Numbered from the stretch's first letter, positions 18,947 through 28,808 are shown. The stretch: 64,000 nucleotides of DNA from an uncultured Acidobacteriota bacterium (GCA_963839475.1 CAWIVH010000021.1:585265-649264); one strand, 5' to 3'. Notes: generated by a model from the letters alone, not told the origin. Program-made: numbers and translations.

Positions 18947-19011
18947 CGAGTCTCCTTTCCTAATCAATCCTGCTCCCACGGATCCTTAAATTCTCTCCCA
19001 AGAGCGCATTT

Positions 19012-19044
19012 AAGCTACAATATTCTTACGTTAATGTCAAGGTT
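19012..19044 (-). promoter_or_regulatory. erpA promoter with candidate MerR operator over the -35
   Basis: TTGACA-17 nt-TAGCTT; minus strand AACCTTGACATTAACGTAAGAATA. Confidence 0.7.
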
Positions 19045-19205
19045 GGCGGTTTGGCAGGCGCAATGAATTCCAGCCCAGAAATAACATTATAATCATTATT
19101 TTCAACATTTTAACGAAAGCCACCGCAGGGACTGGTGAGGACCTGAAGCGCTCAGTGAGCAGGATATTGTATACTTGTAGGCGGTTATCTCAGGAGACGC
19201 GCCCC

Positions 19206-19871
19206 GTGAAAGCGAAAAGTTCCGACGGGCCATTCAATAAATTGGAGAAACTTGTCAAAGATGCCGGGCTGCATTTGGGAAAGAAGCCCGAGGAGGTCAG
19301 AAAGATCCCGATTCCCATAAAAGAGACCAGTGAGGCGACATTCGAAACCGAGGAAGAGATGTTCTCAAGGGAGATGGAGGGCGTGCTTCGCCCCCATTTC
19401 AAGGTTCCGGTCCGGCAACCATTACCCCCTCCTGTACTAAAAGATGCCGAAGCGGAAAACCAGAGACTGATGGAATCGGCCTTAGCCGGGGATCCTGCCC
19501 TGCGGGTATCTGAGCACCCCGAATACATTGAGGGCTGGGTTGGGGTTTCGGCCAAGAAATATCTTCCCGGGCTCCGCAGCGGAATGTATTCCATCCAGGG
19601 CCAGATTGATCTTCACGGACTTAGCCGAGATGAAGCCAGGAGAGCGGTCGAAGAGTTTGTGGAGCGGATGTCGCGCTTCCGGCCCTGTTGCGTCAAAATC
19701 ATCCATGGCCGCGGCATCAACTCACCCAAAGACCGTGCGATACTGAAGGAGAGCCTTCAGCGTTGGCTGGCGACGCGGCGCTTGGGGCGTCACGTCGTCG
19801 CCTACGCTTCAGCTCCACTGAATGATGGCGGGGTAGGGGCCATTTACGTGCTTTTGCGGGCTCGCTCCTGA
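19206..19871 (+). CDS. Smr/MutS2-domain endonuclease
   Basis: IDLHGL, IIHGRG, GGVGAIYVLL; SD before GTG 19206. Confidence 0.88.
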   Translation: MKAKSSDGPFNKLEKLVKDAGLHLGKKPEEVRKIPIPIKETSEATFETEEEMFSREMEGVLRPHFKVPVRQPLPPPVLKDAEAENQRLMESALAGDPALRVSEHPEYIEGWVGVSAKKYLPGLRSGMYSIQGQIDLHGLSRDEARRAVEEFVERMSRFRPCCVKIIHGRGINSPKDRAILKESLQRWLATRRLGRHVVAYASAPLNDGGVGAIYVLLRARS

Positions 19872-19913
19872 TTCGCCCTCGAAAATCCCGCAGAAAAATG
19901 TCGAAACGCGCCG

Positions 19914-21149
19914 CTATTCGTAGCGCAGGCACTCAATGGGATCGAGGTTCGAAGCCTGAACCGCCGGGTAAATCCCGAACACAAGTCCTACGAAGGAGCT
20001 TACTCCGAAAGAAAGGCCAATCGACTGGGCGGTGATAATCGTGCTCCATCCCGAAAAAGCTGCTACCCCCTTGGAGATAGCGTAGCCCAGGGCTATTCCG
20101 AGCAGGCCTCCAGCCAGGCTAAGCCCAAGGGCTTCGGCAATGAACTGGAACCGGATATCCAGCTTGCGGGCTCCCAGAGCTCGCCGAAGCCCGATTTCGG
20201 CAGTTCTTTCCAGCACGGAGGCAAGCATGATATTCATGATGCCTATGCCGCCCACCAGGAGCGAAATGCTGGCGATAGCGCCCATGACAATATTGAAAAT
20301 CCCCTGTGTTTTCTGATTCTGCTGCAGAAGCTTTTCCGGCACAACCAGCGAGTAATCATCCACGTACCGATGCATCGTGGACATAAGGTTGCTGATGGCG
20401 GCCGCCTGCTCTCGAAGATCGGCTTCCGGAGGAATTTCGAGGATGACCTCATTCAACTCGTTTTCCAGGGCATCCTTTTCAAATTTCTTAATCGCCGTGG
20501 TGATAGGAATGTAAATATCATTATTCGGATTCTGGATTTTGACCCCTTCAAACTCCTGCTTTTCGACATTGGCATCCGCGAGCACGCCAATAACCGATAG
20601 CCACTGGTCATTGACTTTAATTTTCTTCCCTATAACATCGCCGAAACCGAATAATTTTTGTTTGGCAATAATACCAAGCACGCAAACCTGGTTGGCAGCG
20701 GTTTCGTCAAAAGGCTGGAAGAACGATCCATTGAGGAGCTTAAGGTTCTGGATGATGGGGTAAGTGCTGCTTACTCCGAGGACTCGGCTGTCGCTGCGAT
20801 TGGTCTCCGATAAGACCTGGAATGATTTCACCACCCGCTTCGCCGAAATCAGGGGTTTCGGCTGGAGAACTCTTTGGAGAGCCTCGATGTCGCGCAAGGC
20901 TAAACCGAGCGATTCGGTTCGGATCTGGCGCAGCTCTTCTGTTTTGAACTCTTTGGCTGAAATGATGATGTTTCGGATGCCGAAGTTTTCGATGATTTTG
21001 AGACTTTCTCGCTCTGCTCCGGCCCCAATAGAAAGCATCGCGATGACTGCTCCCACGCCAAAGATCATCCCCAGCATCGTTAAGAACGAGCGCAGCTTCC
21101 GCCTGCCGAGATTACTCAGGGCAACTTGAAGGGTTTCTAGGTTAAACAC
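19914..21149 (-). CDS. ABC exporter permease, MacB/FtsX family
   Basis: RSFLTMLGMIFGVGAV, LLVGGIGIMNIMLASV.ERT.EIGLRRALGA, LDPIECLRYE. Confidence 0.93.
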   Translation of the reverse strand: MFNLETLQVALSNLGRRKLRSFLTMLGMIFGVGAVIAMLSIGAGAERESLKIIENFGIRNIIISAKEFKTEELRQIRTESLGLALRDIEALQRVLQPKPLISAKRVVKSFQVLSETNRSDSRVLGVSSTYPIIQNLKLLNGSFFQPFDETAANQVCVLGIIAKQKLFGFGDVIGKKIKVNDQWLSVIGVLADANVEKQEFEGVKIQNPNNDIYIPITTAIKKFEKDALENELNEVILEIPPEADLREQAAAISNLMSTMHRYVDDYSLVVPEKLLQQNQKTQGIFNIVMGAIASISLLVGGIGIMNIMLASVLERTAEIGLRRALGARKLDIRFQFIAEALGLSLAGGLLGIALGYAISKGVAAFSGWSTIITAQSIGLSFGVSSFVGLVFGIYPAVQASNLDPIECLRYE

Positions 21150-21180
21150 GTCGGTTTATAGCTCCGAATAGAAATAGGTA

Positions 21181-22551
21181 TTAATGCATCTCGATGCGCA
21201 TCATCCTGCCAGGACCCCCGCCGCCCCCGGTGCTGGCTTTGCTGAAGTCCGGCAGATGGGCTTTGCGTTCTTCATAGGGATTCCGCAGCGCCACCAATTC
21301 CTTTTCATTCAATCCATCCAGGATGGTTGCCTGGCCATGGGCGCTTGCCCCCAGTTTCACCGGGCGAGGAAGGAACTTCTCGCCCTGCTTTACATAAACG
21401 AGATCCTCGGTCCCCTTGCTTGTGACCGCGCTGGCGGGAAGGACAAAGCAAGACGCATAGCTTTCGAGCACGACCATCGCCTTGAGCGCCATCCCGGGTT
21501 TGATTCTTTTAAGGTCTTCACCGGCATCGCGGATGGTGACTTCGCAGGTGAAGTACTTCAGCGGAGAGCCTCTTTCAAGGGACTGCGCCAGGGCCGTAAT
21601 GGTGCGAACCGTACCGCTGAATTTCCGTTCACTGATCGAATCCAGCAGGATCTTGACTTCCTTGCCCTGAGACAGGCTTCCGGCATCTCTTTCCAGCACA
21701 TACATCCGCGCTTGCAGCGCATTAAGATCGACAAGTTCCACAGCCGACTGCCCGCCCTGGTTTTCATCCCCGATTTGAGGATCCCGGTTCCTCTCCCGGC
21801 GATAGATCAGCAGGCCATCCTTCGGAGCCTTGAGTTCGAGCGCATCCAGGGTCTGCTTGGCTATGGAGAATTCGGCCTGGGCTTTGTTTTTCTCAATCGA
21901 AAGGATTTGCTGGTCGGATCGGTTTATGCGTTTCTGGACGCGCGATTTGTTGCCCAGAAAGCTTATCTTTTCTTTGGCAAAACCGGCATTGATCTTGGCC
22001 TCAATGATGTCCCACTTGGAAAAGATGGTTTCATCCTGCGGCATCACAGTGATAGCGTAGGTGTAATCCTTCTCAGCATCCGTGCGGTCGATATCCAGGA
22101 CCTTTTCGTTGGTGGTCTGGTTGCCCGATGTAATTTTGGTCCGCTGTGAGTTAGCGTCCAGCGTGTTCTGCTGCCTTTCCAGGTTTAGCCGCGCATCCGT
22201 GCTGTCGTACCGGATGACGATGTCACCGGCTTTGACAAAACTTCCTTCCGGGATGATCCAGGCGATCTTCAATCCGCCGGAACGCGTGGTCGGTGTGGGA
22301 ATCGGCACCGTTTGGAGTCCGATCACCTCTCCGATAGCAGGCACTTCTATCTGGTAGGGCTTCTTCTCGACGCTGGCAACAGGGATCGGATCTTCAGTCG
22401 TGGATGCCAGCACCTTGGTGACCTTGGAGGCGAGGGTTCCCCGGTTAAGGTACCCCGCCAGAGCCAAACCCATCAGGAGGAGTATAGGCAGAATGCGGAC
22501 GATCAGCCCCGACTTCCTTGCTGGTTTTTCGTGCTCTTCATGATAAGTCAT
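21181..22551 (-). CDS. Periplasmic adaptor (HlyD/MacA-type membrane fusion protein) 3
   Basis: N-terminal TM; EGSFVKAGD; coiled coil; APKDG; KPGM. Confidence 0.85.
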   Translation of the reverse strand: MTYHEEHEKPARKSGLIVRILPILLLMGLALAGYLNRGTLASKVTKVLASTTEDPIPVASVEKKPYQIEVPAIGEVIGLQTVPIPTPTTRSGGLKIAWIIPEGSFVKAGDIVIRYDSTDARLNLERQQNTLDANSQRTKITSGNQTTNEKVLDIDRTDAEKDYTYAITVMPQDETIFSKWDIIEAKINAGFAKEKISFLGNKSRVQKRINRSDQQILSIEKNKAQAEFSIAKQTLDALELKAPKDGLLIYRRERNRDPQIGDENQGGQSAVELVDLNALQARMYVLERDAGSLSQGKEVKILLDSISERKFSGTVRTITALAQSLERGSPLKYFTCEVTIRDAGEDLKRIKPGMALKAMVVLESYASCFVLPASAVTSKGTEDLVYVKQGEKFLPRPVKLGASAHGQATILDGLNEKELVALRNPYEERKAHLPDFSKASTGGGGGPGRMMRIEMH

Positions 22552-22563
22552 AATGGCGATGCC

Positions 22564-23790
22564 TCACGCTTTTGGTTTCGACCGGATCTTTTCGTTCGCT
22601 TCAAGACCTGCGCTGACGACGGCAGTCAGACCGTCATTGGTTTTGAGCTGAATTTCCCGCCAGTCGTATTCTTTTCTCTCGGGCTTCCAGACCTGAACAA
22701 ACGACCGTCCGGATTTCTCCTGAATGCAGGACAAGGGGATGACAATCACTTTTGGATACGACCCTACCATAACCTGCGACCGCGTGCTCATACCCGGGCG
22801 AACAAGATTAAGATCGGATCCTTCCATATTCAGATAAGCTTCCACGACCCTCTGAGGGCGGTCGAATGGTGGGAGTTGCTTTAGAATCGTGCTCAGCCCG
22901 ATCAATCTTCCTTTAAAAACCCGCCCCTGGACAGCATCGACCTGTATCGAGGCTTCCTGGCCGATTTTCACCTTGCCGGCGTCCACTTCATCAACATACA
23001 CCTTGGCTCGCAGGGTCGAAAGATCGGGGAGTTCCATCACCGTATTGTTGTTGTCGATGTAGCTTCCTATTTGGCGGGGCTCGTTGTTCCAGTCCCGTTT
23101 GTAGATCACCACGCCTGCGACAGGAGCTCGCACGGTAAGGGAATCAATCGCATCCAGCAGGGTGTCCATCCGGTTTTTGAAAAATCGCTGATTGCTGGTG
23201 GAAATCTGCAGGTCGATCCGACCGCTTTCCGTAAGCGATGCCACTTTCTTTTCAAGCAGCGCGACCTTTTCGCGCGCGGCGTCGCGCCGGATCTTGGTTT
23301 CGGCAATGACGATCGCGCTTTCCAGCTCAGCCTGGCGGTTCAGTTTGTTATCCAGTTTATCGGCATCGGATCTGGCTTGCTCGAGCTGCAGTTTCAGGTC
23401 CCTCAGCGAAATATCGAAGTCGGAACGCTTCTTTTGGAAATTCTCCTGTTCGCGCTGGTAATAAGCCGTCTGGTCGCGCAGCTGCAGGTTCAAGTCCGAG
23501 CCGTCAAATTCCAATAGAAAATCACCCTCCTCGACCACCTTGCCTTCTTCGACCATGCGGGCAAGCTTATATCGGTGCACATCCCGTATTTTCGGAGGGC
23601 CGATACTTACACTCTGTCTGGCTTCCACTACCCCTGGAGCCGCCACGATGAGGGGGAAATCCAGCCGCTGCACCGTAACAAGTTCCTTTTCCTCAGCGGA
23701 AGCAGACACGGTCAGGGAGCGGTAAAACCATGTGCCGGCCGCAGCACCAACGGCCAACACCAGGAATACAATGACCCATTTCCTTGACAT
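22564..23790 (-). CDS. Periplasmic adaptor (membrane fusion protein) 2
   Basis: TM anchor; EGKVVEEGD; APVAGVV; VDEVD; RPGMS. Confidence 0.87.
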   Translation of the reverse strand: MSRKWVIVFLVLAVGAAAGTWFYRSLTVSASAEEKELVTVQRLDFPLIVAAPGVVEARQSVSIGPPKIRDVHRYKLARMVEEGKVVEEGDFLLEFDGSDLNLQLRDQTAYYQREQENFQKKRSDFDISLRDLKLQLEQARSDADKLDNKLNRQAELESAIVIAETKIRRDAAREKVALLEKKVASLTESGRIDLQISTSNQRFFKNRMDTLLDAIDSLTVRAPVAGVVIYKRDWNNEPRQIGSYIDNNNTVMELPDLSTLRAKVYVDEVDAGKVKIGQEASIQVDAVQGRVFKGRLIGLSTILKQLPPFDRPQRVVEAYLNMEGSDLNLVRPGMSTRSQVMVGSYPKVIVIPLSCIQEKSGRSFVQVWKPERKEYDWREIQLKTNDGLTAVVSAGLEANEKIRSKPKA

Positions 23791-25097
23791 TATGGCTTCG
23801 CCTCCAATGTTTTCCGCACCGGTAGCAGACGATCGCCGACATTCACCCCGGACAGAATCTGAATCAGACGATCACTATAGGGACCTACTTCAACCACCTG
23901 CCGACTTGCAGTCTTGGAATCCGCCCCTTTTTGCACGAAATATTTGCCTTCAACGTCAAGGCCCAGATACTCACGGGGCACCGCCACTACCTGCGTGGCA
24001 AAGGTAACAGGCACCTCGATTTTTACCGTCATCCCGGGCTTCATCATTCCGATTTCCACTTTTTCCAGATTGATCACAGCCTTGAACACTTTGTGCAGGG
24101 AAGCGAAACTTTTTTTTGTCGCCACGCTGGTCAGGGATGCGATTCTTCCCTTCCAGATCCGGCCAGGCAACGCATCGAGAGTCAGGTCACACACCATGTT
24201 GGGCGACAAGAATCGCAATTCGGTGTCATACACGTTAGCGACAACCTGCAGCGAGGAAAGATCGGGCAAGGTCATCACCGGCATGCCACGGAACGCCATG
24301 TCTCCGACCTGGAATTTGCGCTGGCTGGCCCAATTGTCTCCATAAATGATGATTCCATCTTGGGGAGCATCCACGAGCATCCGGGCTATGTCGCCTTCGA
24401 TCTTCTTCAGGTTGATCTCTGCCTGGTCCCGATCAACTTCCACCAGAGCGACCTGCGCAGGGATGCTTTCGGTAAGGTTTTTCAGCCTCTCGTTTGCCTT
24501 GGATAGGGCGAGTTTGGCTTTCTCGAAATCCAGCTGATACTTCTGAAAGGTGTTGGCCGGCAGAAGCCCTTTGTCAATTTTTGCATACAGGGCCGCAACT
24601 TTGAGATTTGCCGTAGCAGCGCTGACCTCAATCAAAAGATCCGATTTCTGCACCTCAAGATCGGCTTTGGTCTTCTCAATTCTGAGCTTCGCTTCATCAA
24701 GGATGCGCTGAGCTTCGTTTTTCTGGCTCATCAACGTCGAAGCATCGAACTCGAGAATTCTATCCCCGCTTTTAACTTCTGTCCCTTCTTCCGCCATAAA
24801 GGTGATGGAAGATCCGAACATGGATCGGACTTCCGGGGCAGTGAGGTCCCTGGTTCGGGCGGCCTTGAGCTCACCGGTTATAAGTATGGTGGTGTTCAAG
24901 TCACTTTTGCCCACGGTATAGGCTTCAGTTTTTTCCGTCGCGTCCCCGGCTGGCTTGGTCTCAACCGCGGCTGTTTTCTTGCCGGCGCTGTCATCCGCCC
25001 TTGTCGGCTTTCCCAGGCGGAACGGTAGTACCACAGCGAGGGCGAGCAAAACCAACAGCAGGGAAATGTATGTCGGCCGTTGCAGGAGTCGTTTCAT
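23790..25097 (-). CDS. Periplasmic adaptor (membrane fusion protein) 1
   Basis: TM anchor; EGTEVKSGD; APQDG; KPGMT; start set to ATG 25097. Confidence 0.87.
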   Translation of the reverse strand: MKRLLQRPTYISLLLVLLALAVVLPFRLGKPTRADDSAGKKTAAVETKPAGDATEKTEAYTVGKSDLNTTILITGELKAARTRDLTAPEVRSMFGSSITFMAEEGTEVKSGDRILEFDASTLMSQKNEAQRILDEAKLRIEKTKADLEVQKSDLLIEVSAATANLKVAALYAKIDKGLLPANTFQKYQLDFEKAKLALSKANERLKNLTESIPAQVALVEVDRDQAEINLKKIEGDIARMLVDAPQDGIIIYGDNWASQRKFQVGDMAFRGMPVMTLPDLSSLQVVANVYDTELRFLSPNMVCDLTLDALPGRIWKGRIASLTSVATKKSFASLHKVFKAVINLEKVEIGMMKPGMTVKIEVPVTFATQVVAVPREYLGLDVEGKYFVQKGADSKTASRQVVEVGPYSDRLIQILSGVNVGDRLLPVRKTLEAKP

Positions 25098-25108
25098 TAA
25101 AATCACTC

Positions 25109-26260
25109 CTATTCTTGAGGACCGGTAGTTTTTGGTGAGCCCCCGGAAATGATACGCATACCACCCCCTGGATCCGCCTTCTGCATTTTTACCCAATCCT
25201 GCCAGTCCTTTTCAACCTGGTCCAGATTCGTTCCAAGATACCCATCACGGAAAAGAGCTTCGCGCGTCAACTTGCCATCCCGGTTCCATTGCACCGCCTC
25301 GCGCACTTTGGTCTCACCCAATTTTTCGATGGCATAACGGAAAAAAGTGGCGGCCTGGGCGTCAAACAGCATGCGGTCCTGCTGATCTTTGGGAAGATTA
25401 AAGGCGCGCTGTCCGCCTCCGCTTCCACCCCGCTGCCCGCCTCCGCCTCCCGGCATGCCCCCGCCAGGCATACCGCCCTGTGCGCCGCCGGCCGTTGAGC
25501 CTCCGCCGTCCCCACCCATCCTGATCACCACGTTTCCGCCTCCGACGCCGGTTTCCACAGGAGCAATGAACGGGCGGGGCATGACGAGCACATCCTCCAG
25601 AGGAAAAGCCTCCTCCAGGCGGGCCTGGAGAAATCCAAGGTTGGAGAAAGAACTCCCGGATGCGTAGGCAGCAAGCCCGATGTCAAGCCAGTCTGCCAGA
25701 GGACTTCTTCCCATATCCTCAATCCGTGAAGATCGGTATTCCTTGGTCGGATTCAGGGTGGTCATCAAAATTGCATAACACATCCGAAGTGAAGTTGAAG
25801 ATACGAGCCTCGCCTCTTCGGCGGCTTTCTGCTCCGGAGTCCGATTTTGGAAACGCTCCAAAATCTGCGGCGGAACCATGCCGCCCATTTGGGCTTTGAT
25901 TTGGGCCAACCGTTGCTGTGCCGCCACTTCAGAAGTCGTCTGAACCAGAACCCATTTGTATCCTTGCTTCAGAATTTGGGTTTCGTTCACTGAATCTTTT
26001 TGATCCAGGGTATTGCAGATGACGATCGCCCCCTTGGCCAATTCCCCGCCGAGGTAGCTTGCCAATATTTGTTGCGCATCCTTGATCGGTTTGGAAAAGG
26101 CGGCTATATCCGCAGACCCTGAAGCGAAAAAATCCACATTGGTGGAAACTTCCTTGAAATGTTTAAAGTTTTTGTTGAAATTTGCGTTCTGGCCGGAAGC
26201 CAGAGACGCACCCACTGCAATTATCCAAATTACTGTCAATACGGGCTTTGTTTTATGCAT
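25109..26260 (-). CDS. Secreted protein, degenerate peptidase-MA-like with Gly-rich insert
   Basis: Signal peptide; WLDIGLAAY, FPLEDVL, QAATFFRY, LDQVEKDWQDW pattern; no HExxH. Confidence 0.55.
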   Translation of the reverse strand: MHKTKPVLTVIWIIAVGASLASGQNANFNKNFKHFKEVSTNVDFFASGSADIAAFSKPIKDAQQILASYLGGELAKGAIVICNTLDQKDSVNETQILKQGYKWVLVQTTSEVAAQQRLAQIKAQMGGMVPPQILERFQNRTPEQKAAEEARLVSSTSLRMCYAILMTTLNPTKEYRSSRIEDMGRSPLADWLDIGLAAYASGSSFSNLGFLQARLEEAFPLEDVLVMPRPFIAPVETGVGGGNVVIRMGGDGGGSTAGGAQGGMPGGGMPGGGGGQRGGSGGGQRAFNLPKDQQDRMLFDAQAATFFRYAIEKLGETKVREAVQWNRDGKLTREALFRDGYLGTNLDQVEKDWQDWVKMQKADPGGGMRIISGGSPKTTGPQE

Positions 26261-26450
26261 TTTCTCAGACCATTACGGATCAATCACACTTCCATTTATT
26301 GCCTGCCAAAGCATAATTACGCCGGACATGATCCGCTGTTCCGCATTTTGCCTTTATTTCATGAAAAATAAAGCTTTCTTTGAAACAATCGGTCCATCCG
26401 GATATACCTCGTCCAACCCGGGCAAAACCTGAAGGACTGGTTGCCGGATT

Positions 26451-27002
26451 TCATTCCGGCAGGCGGGTGCTTCTCTTGGGCCGGGTGCGGCGGTTTTCCG
26501 TCTTTTTGAGACTGCGGGCAACCGATTCCGGCATGGCTTTTTTGCCGTTTTCGAAATAACCCTGGACCTGCTGCGGCCGGATCGAGTAAATGCGGGCAAT
26601 GGCCCGGCAGGCCAGGATTCGGACCAGCCGGTTATTATCCTCAACTGCCGCCACCAGGGACGTGAGGGTTTCGGCGATGCAGTTAGGGTAGGCAGCCGCG
26701 ATTCGTCCCAGGGCATATACCAAGGACCAGCGGACTGAGGCTGAATCGTCAGAAAGCCCATCCTGAATTCGAGCCAGGATTCGCACCAGACGCCTGGGAT
26801 GCGACTCGGACAGTCGGCCAATGGTTGCGGCAGCGCGTCCCCGTACGGCCAAATTCCGGTCTTCGAGCATTCCGACAAGTTCATCCAAACGCTTGGGATG
26901 GTCAACAACAACCCTCACAACTTCGGATGTGCGGAGATTGGAAAGAGGCACGGCACTCTTCTTCCGGCTCCGTGTAACCGTCTGACTTCTCGGATCCATC
27001 AT
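26451..27002 (-). CDS. HEAT-repeat protein
   Basis: Repeats LED..VRGRAA.TIG, LSD..VRWSL..ALG, VED..VRILA..AIA. Confidence 0.75.
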   Translation of the reverse strand: MMDPRSQTVTRSRKKSAVPLSNLRTSEVVRVVVDHPKRLDELVGMLEDRNLAVRGRAAATIGRLSESHPRRLVRILARIQDGLSDDSASVRWSLVYALGRIAAAYPNCIAETLTSLVAAVEDNNRLVRILACRAIARIYSIRPQQVQGYFENGKKAMPESVARSLKKTENRRTRPKRSTRLPE

Positions 27003-27111
27003 AAGCTCTGAATGCTTTCTGCTGTGCGACTGCGGCCAACGAGTCTCTTATCGGCATTATGAGGGCTGCCTGGGGCTATTTGCCGCGGTTCGCGGTTGCG
27101 CAAACACAAAA

Positions 27112-28470
27112 TCAGGCCTTCATGTTTTCCTTGGCAAAATCCCAGCTGACCATCCGTTTCTCCCGAATCGACCGGTTTACCATGTGAGCGCACGACGCCG
27201 CCCGGTGTCCGGCCAGGGCATCCTCGAGCGGCTGCTTTCGGGTTTTGATGGAATTGAAGAAGCTCCTGAAGTGGAGGAATGTGGACTCCATTCCCACCTC
27301 TTGATACTGCTCCTGAGCAGCCACGAGGTCAGGCTCGCGCGACGCGGGAATCTCTTCTTGCCGGTTCTTGGCCTCTTTGTAGTACGCCGCCTCCATTGCC
27401 GTGGGCCAGCTTTCGATGACCCATCGATTATCTTCATTCACGTTTTCGGGGAGGAAGGTCAGGGAATTCCCGAGAAGCAGGCTCCCCTTGGTACCCAGAA
27501 TCTGGAAACCACCCTCGGATGAAACCTGGTTGTTGAACGTGCTGCTCAGGTTGGCGACGAACCCCTCGGGATACTCGAGCACCGCATTGACGGTGTCGGG
27601 GACATCGCGCGATTCCTTCCAGCGATAAAGCTGTCCCATGGCCATGATGTTGGACGGCATTTTCGCGTTCATCATGTAGTGGATGCTGGTAACCAGGTGT
27701 ACAAAAAGGTCTGTGGCGATACCCCCAGAATATTCCTGGTAGCAGCGCCATCTGAAGAACCGTGCGTAATCGACCGGTCGTTTGGTCGAGGGCCCGAGAA
27801 ACATTTCCCAGTTCACGGTCTGCGGCGAGGCGTCGGGCGGAATAGGATAGATCCAGGCTCCACCCGCGGTATTGCGGTTGAAGAAAGCGCGAATAATTGT
27901 AATCTGGCCGAGTTTCCCCGATGCGATGATTTCTCGCGCCTTCTGCTGCAGCCGCGAACTCATTCCCTGGCTGCCAACCTGAAGAATGCGCCCTGTTTTT
28001 TGAACCTCAGCGATGATCCGGTTTCCTTCATCGGCGGTGTAAGTCAGCGGCTTTTCAATGTAGACATCCTTCCCGGCCTGAAGCGCGTCGATTGCCATGG
28101 TGGCGTGCCAGTGATCGGGAGTGCTGATGACAACGGCATCGATCGACTTATCGGCCAGGATCTCCCGGTAGTCCGGATAGACCTTGGGCCGGCGCCCGGT
28201 CCTTTCAAGAGCGCGCTCAATCCTGCTCTTATAGGCATCGCATACGCCGACGATTTCAGCGCCGGGCAAGGCCTGGATGGCCGCCATCAACTGGTGAGCC
28301 CGCGCTCCGGTACCTATCATGCCAACGGTGATCTTATCTCCTGGCGAAACCGCCGAAGCCGGCCCTTCGCTCGCGGCGAGCGTTTCGCTAAACCCCACTC
28401 CCAGTGTTGCACCACCCAAGGCGCTTCGCTGCATGAATTCCCTTCGATCGATCAGGTTTTCCGCTGTCAT
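27112..28470 (-). CDS. Tat-exported Gfo/Idh/MocA oxidoreductase
   Basis: DRREFM Tat motif; IGTGAR; TPDHWH; YIEKP. Confidence 0.93.
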   Translation of the reverse strand: MTAENLIDRREFMQRSALGGATLGVGFSETLAASEGPASAVSPGDKITVGMIGTGARAHQLMAAIQALPGAEIVGVCDAYKSRIERALERTGRRPKVYPDYREILADKSIDAVVISTPDHWHATMAIDALQAGKDVYIEKPLTYTADEGNRIIAEVQKTGRILQVGSQGMSSRLQQKAREIIASGKLGQITIIRAFFNRNTAGGAWIYPIPPDASPQTVNWEMFLGPSTKRPVDYARFFRWRCYQEYSGGIATDLFVHLVTSIHYMMNAKMPSNIMAMGQLYRWKESRDVPDTVNAVLEYPEGFVANLSSTFNNQVSSEGGFQILGTKGSLLLGNSLTFLPENVNEDNRWVIESWPTAMEAAYYKEAKNRQEEIPASREPDLVAAQEQYQEVGMESTFLHFRSFFNSIKTRKQPLEDALAGHRAASCAHMVNRSIREKRMVSWDFAKENMKA

Positions 28471-28546
28471 GGACTATCGTCTCCTTGCCGGCTGAACTAC
28501 CCCTAGGAAGATAATGGCCTATCGCTGCTCACTCGGTCTCCCCCGG

Positions 28547-28575
28547 AGTATGACGCTGTAGCGGATTGAAGTCAA
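28547..28575 (-). promoter_or_regulatory. Putative sigma70 promoter of the Gfo gene
   Basis: TTGACT-17 nt-CATACT. Confidence 0.5.
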
Positions 28576-28808
28576 TCACCCGCAGGGATCGTCACGGCAA
28601 GCGCTGGATGGTGATCGGAGAGAATCATCCTCCAAGACTCAACGCCTTCAGGAGGGATGCTGTTTGTTTGTCCGGAACGGCTCCGCATGAGGCGGCAAAA
28701 CCTTACAACAAGGCGCTATCGCCGCGATCGAGGCCGGGAAAAAGAGTGGTGTCACGTCCACACCGGAACATCATGGCTTTCGGTAAATGGACAGCGACTC
28801 AGGAAAGC

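Noticed and set aside
25420-25550. GC-rich repetitive tract
   Set aside because: It encodes the Gly-rich insert of the 25109-26260 protein and is not a separate DNA repeat
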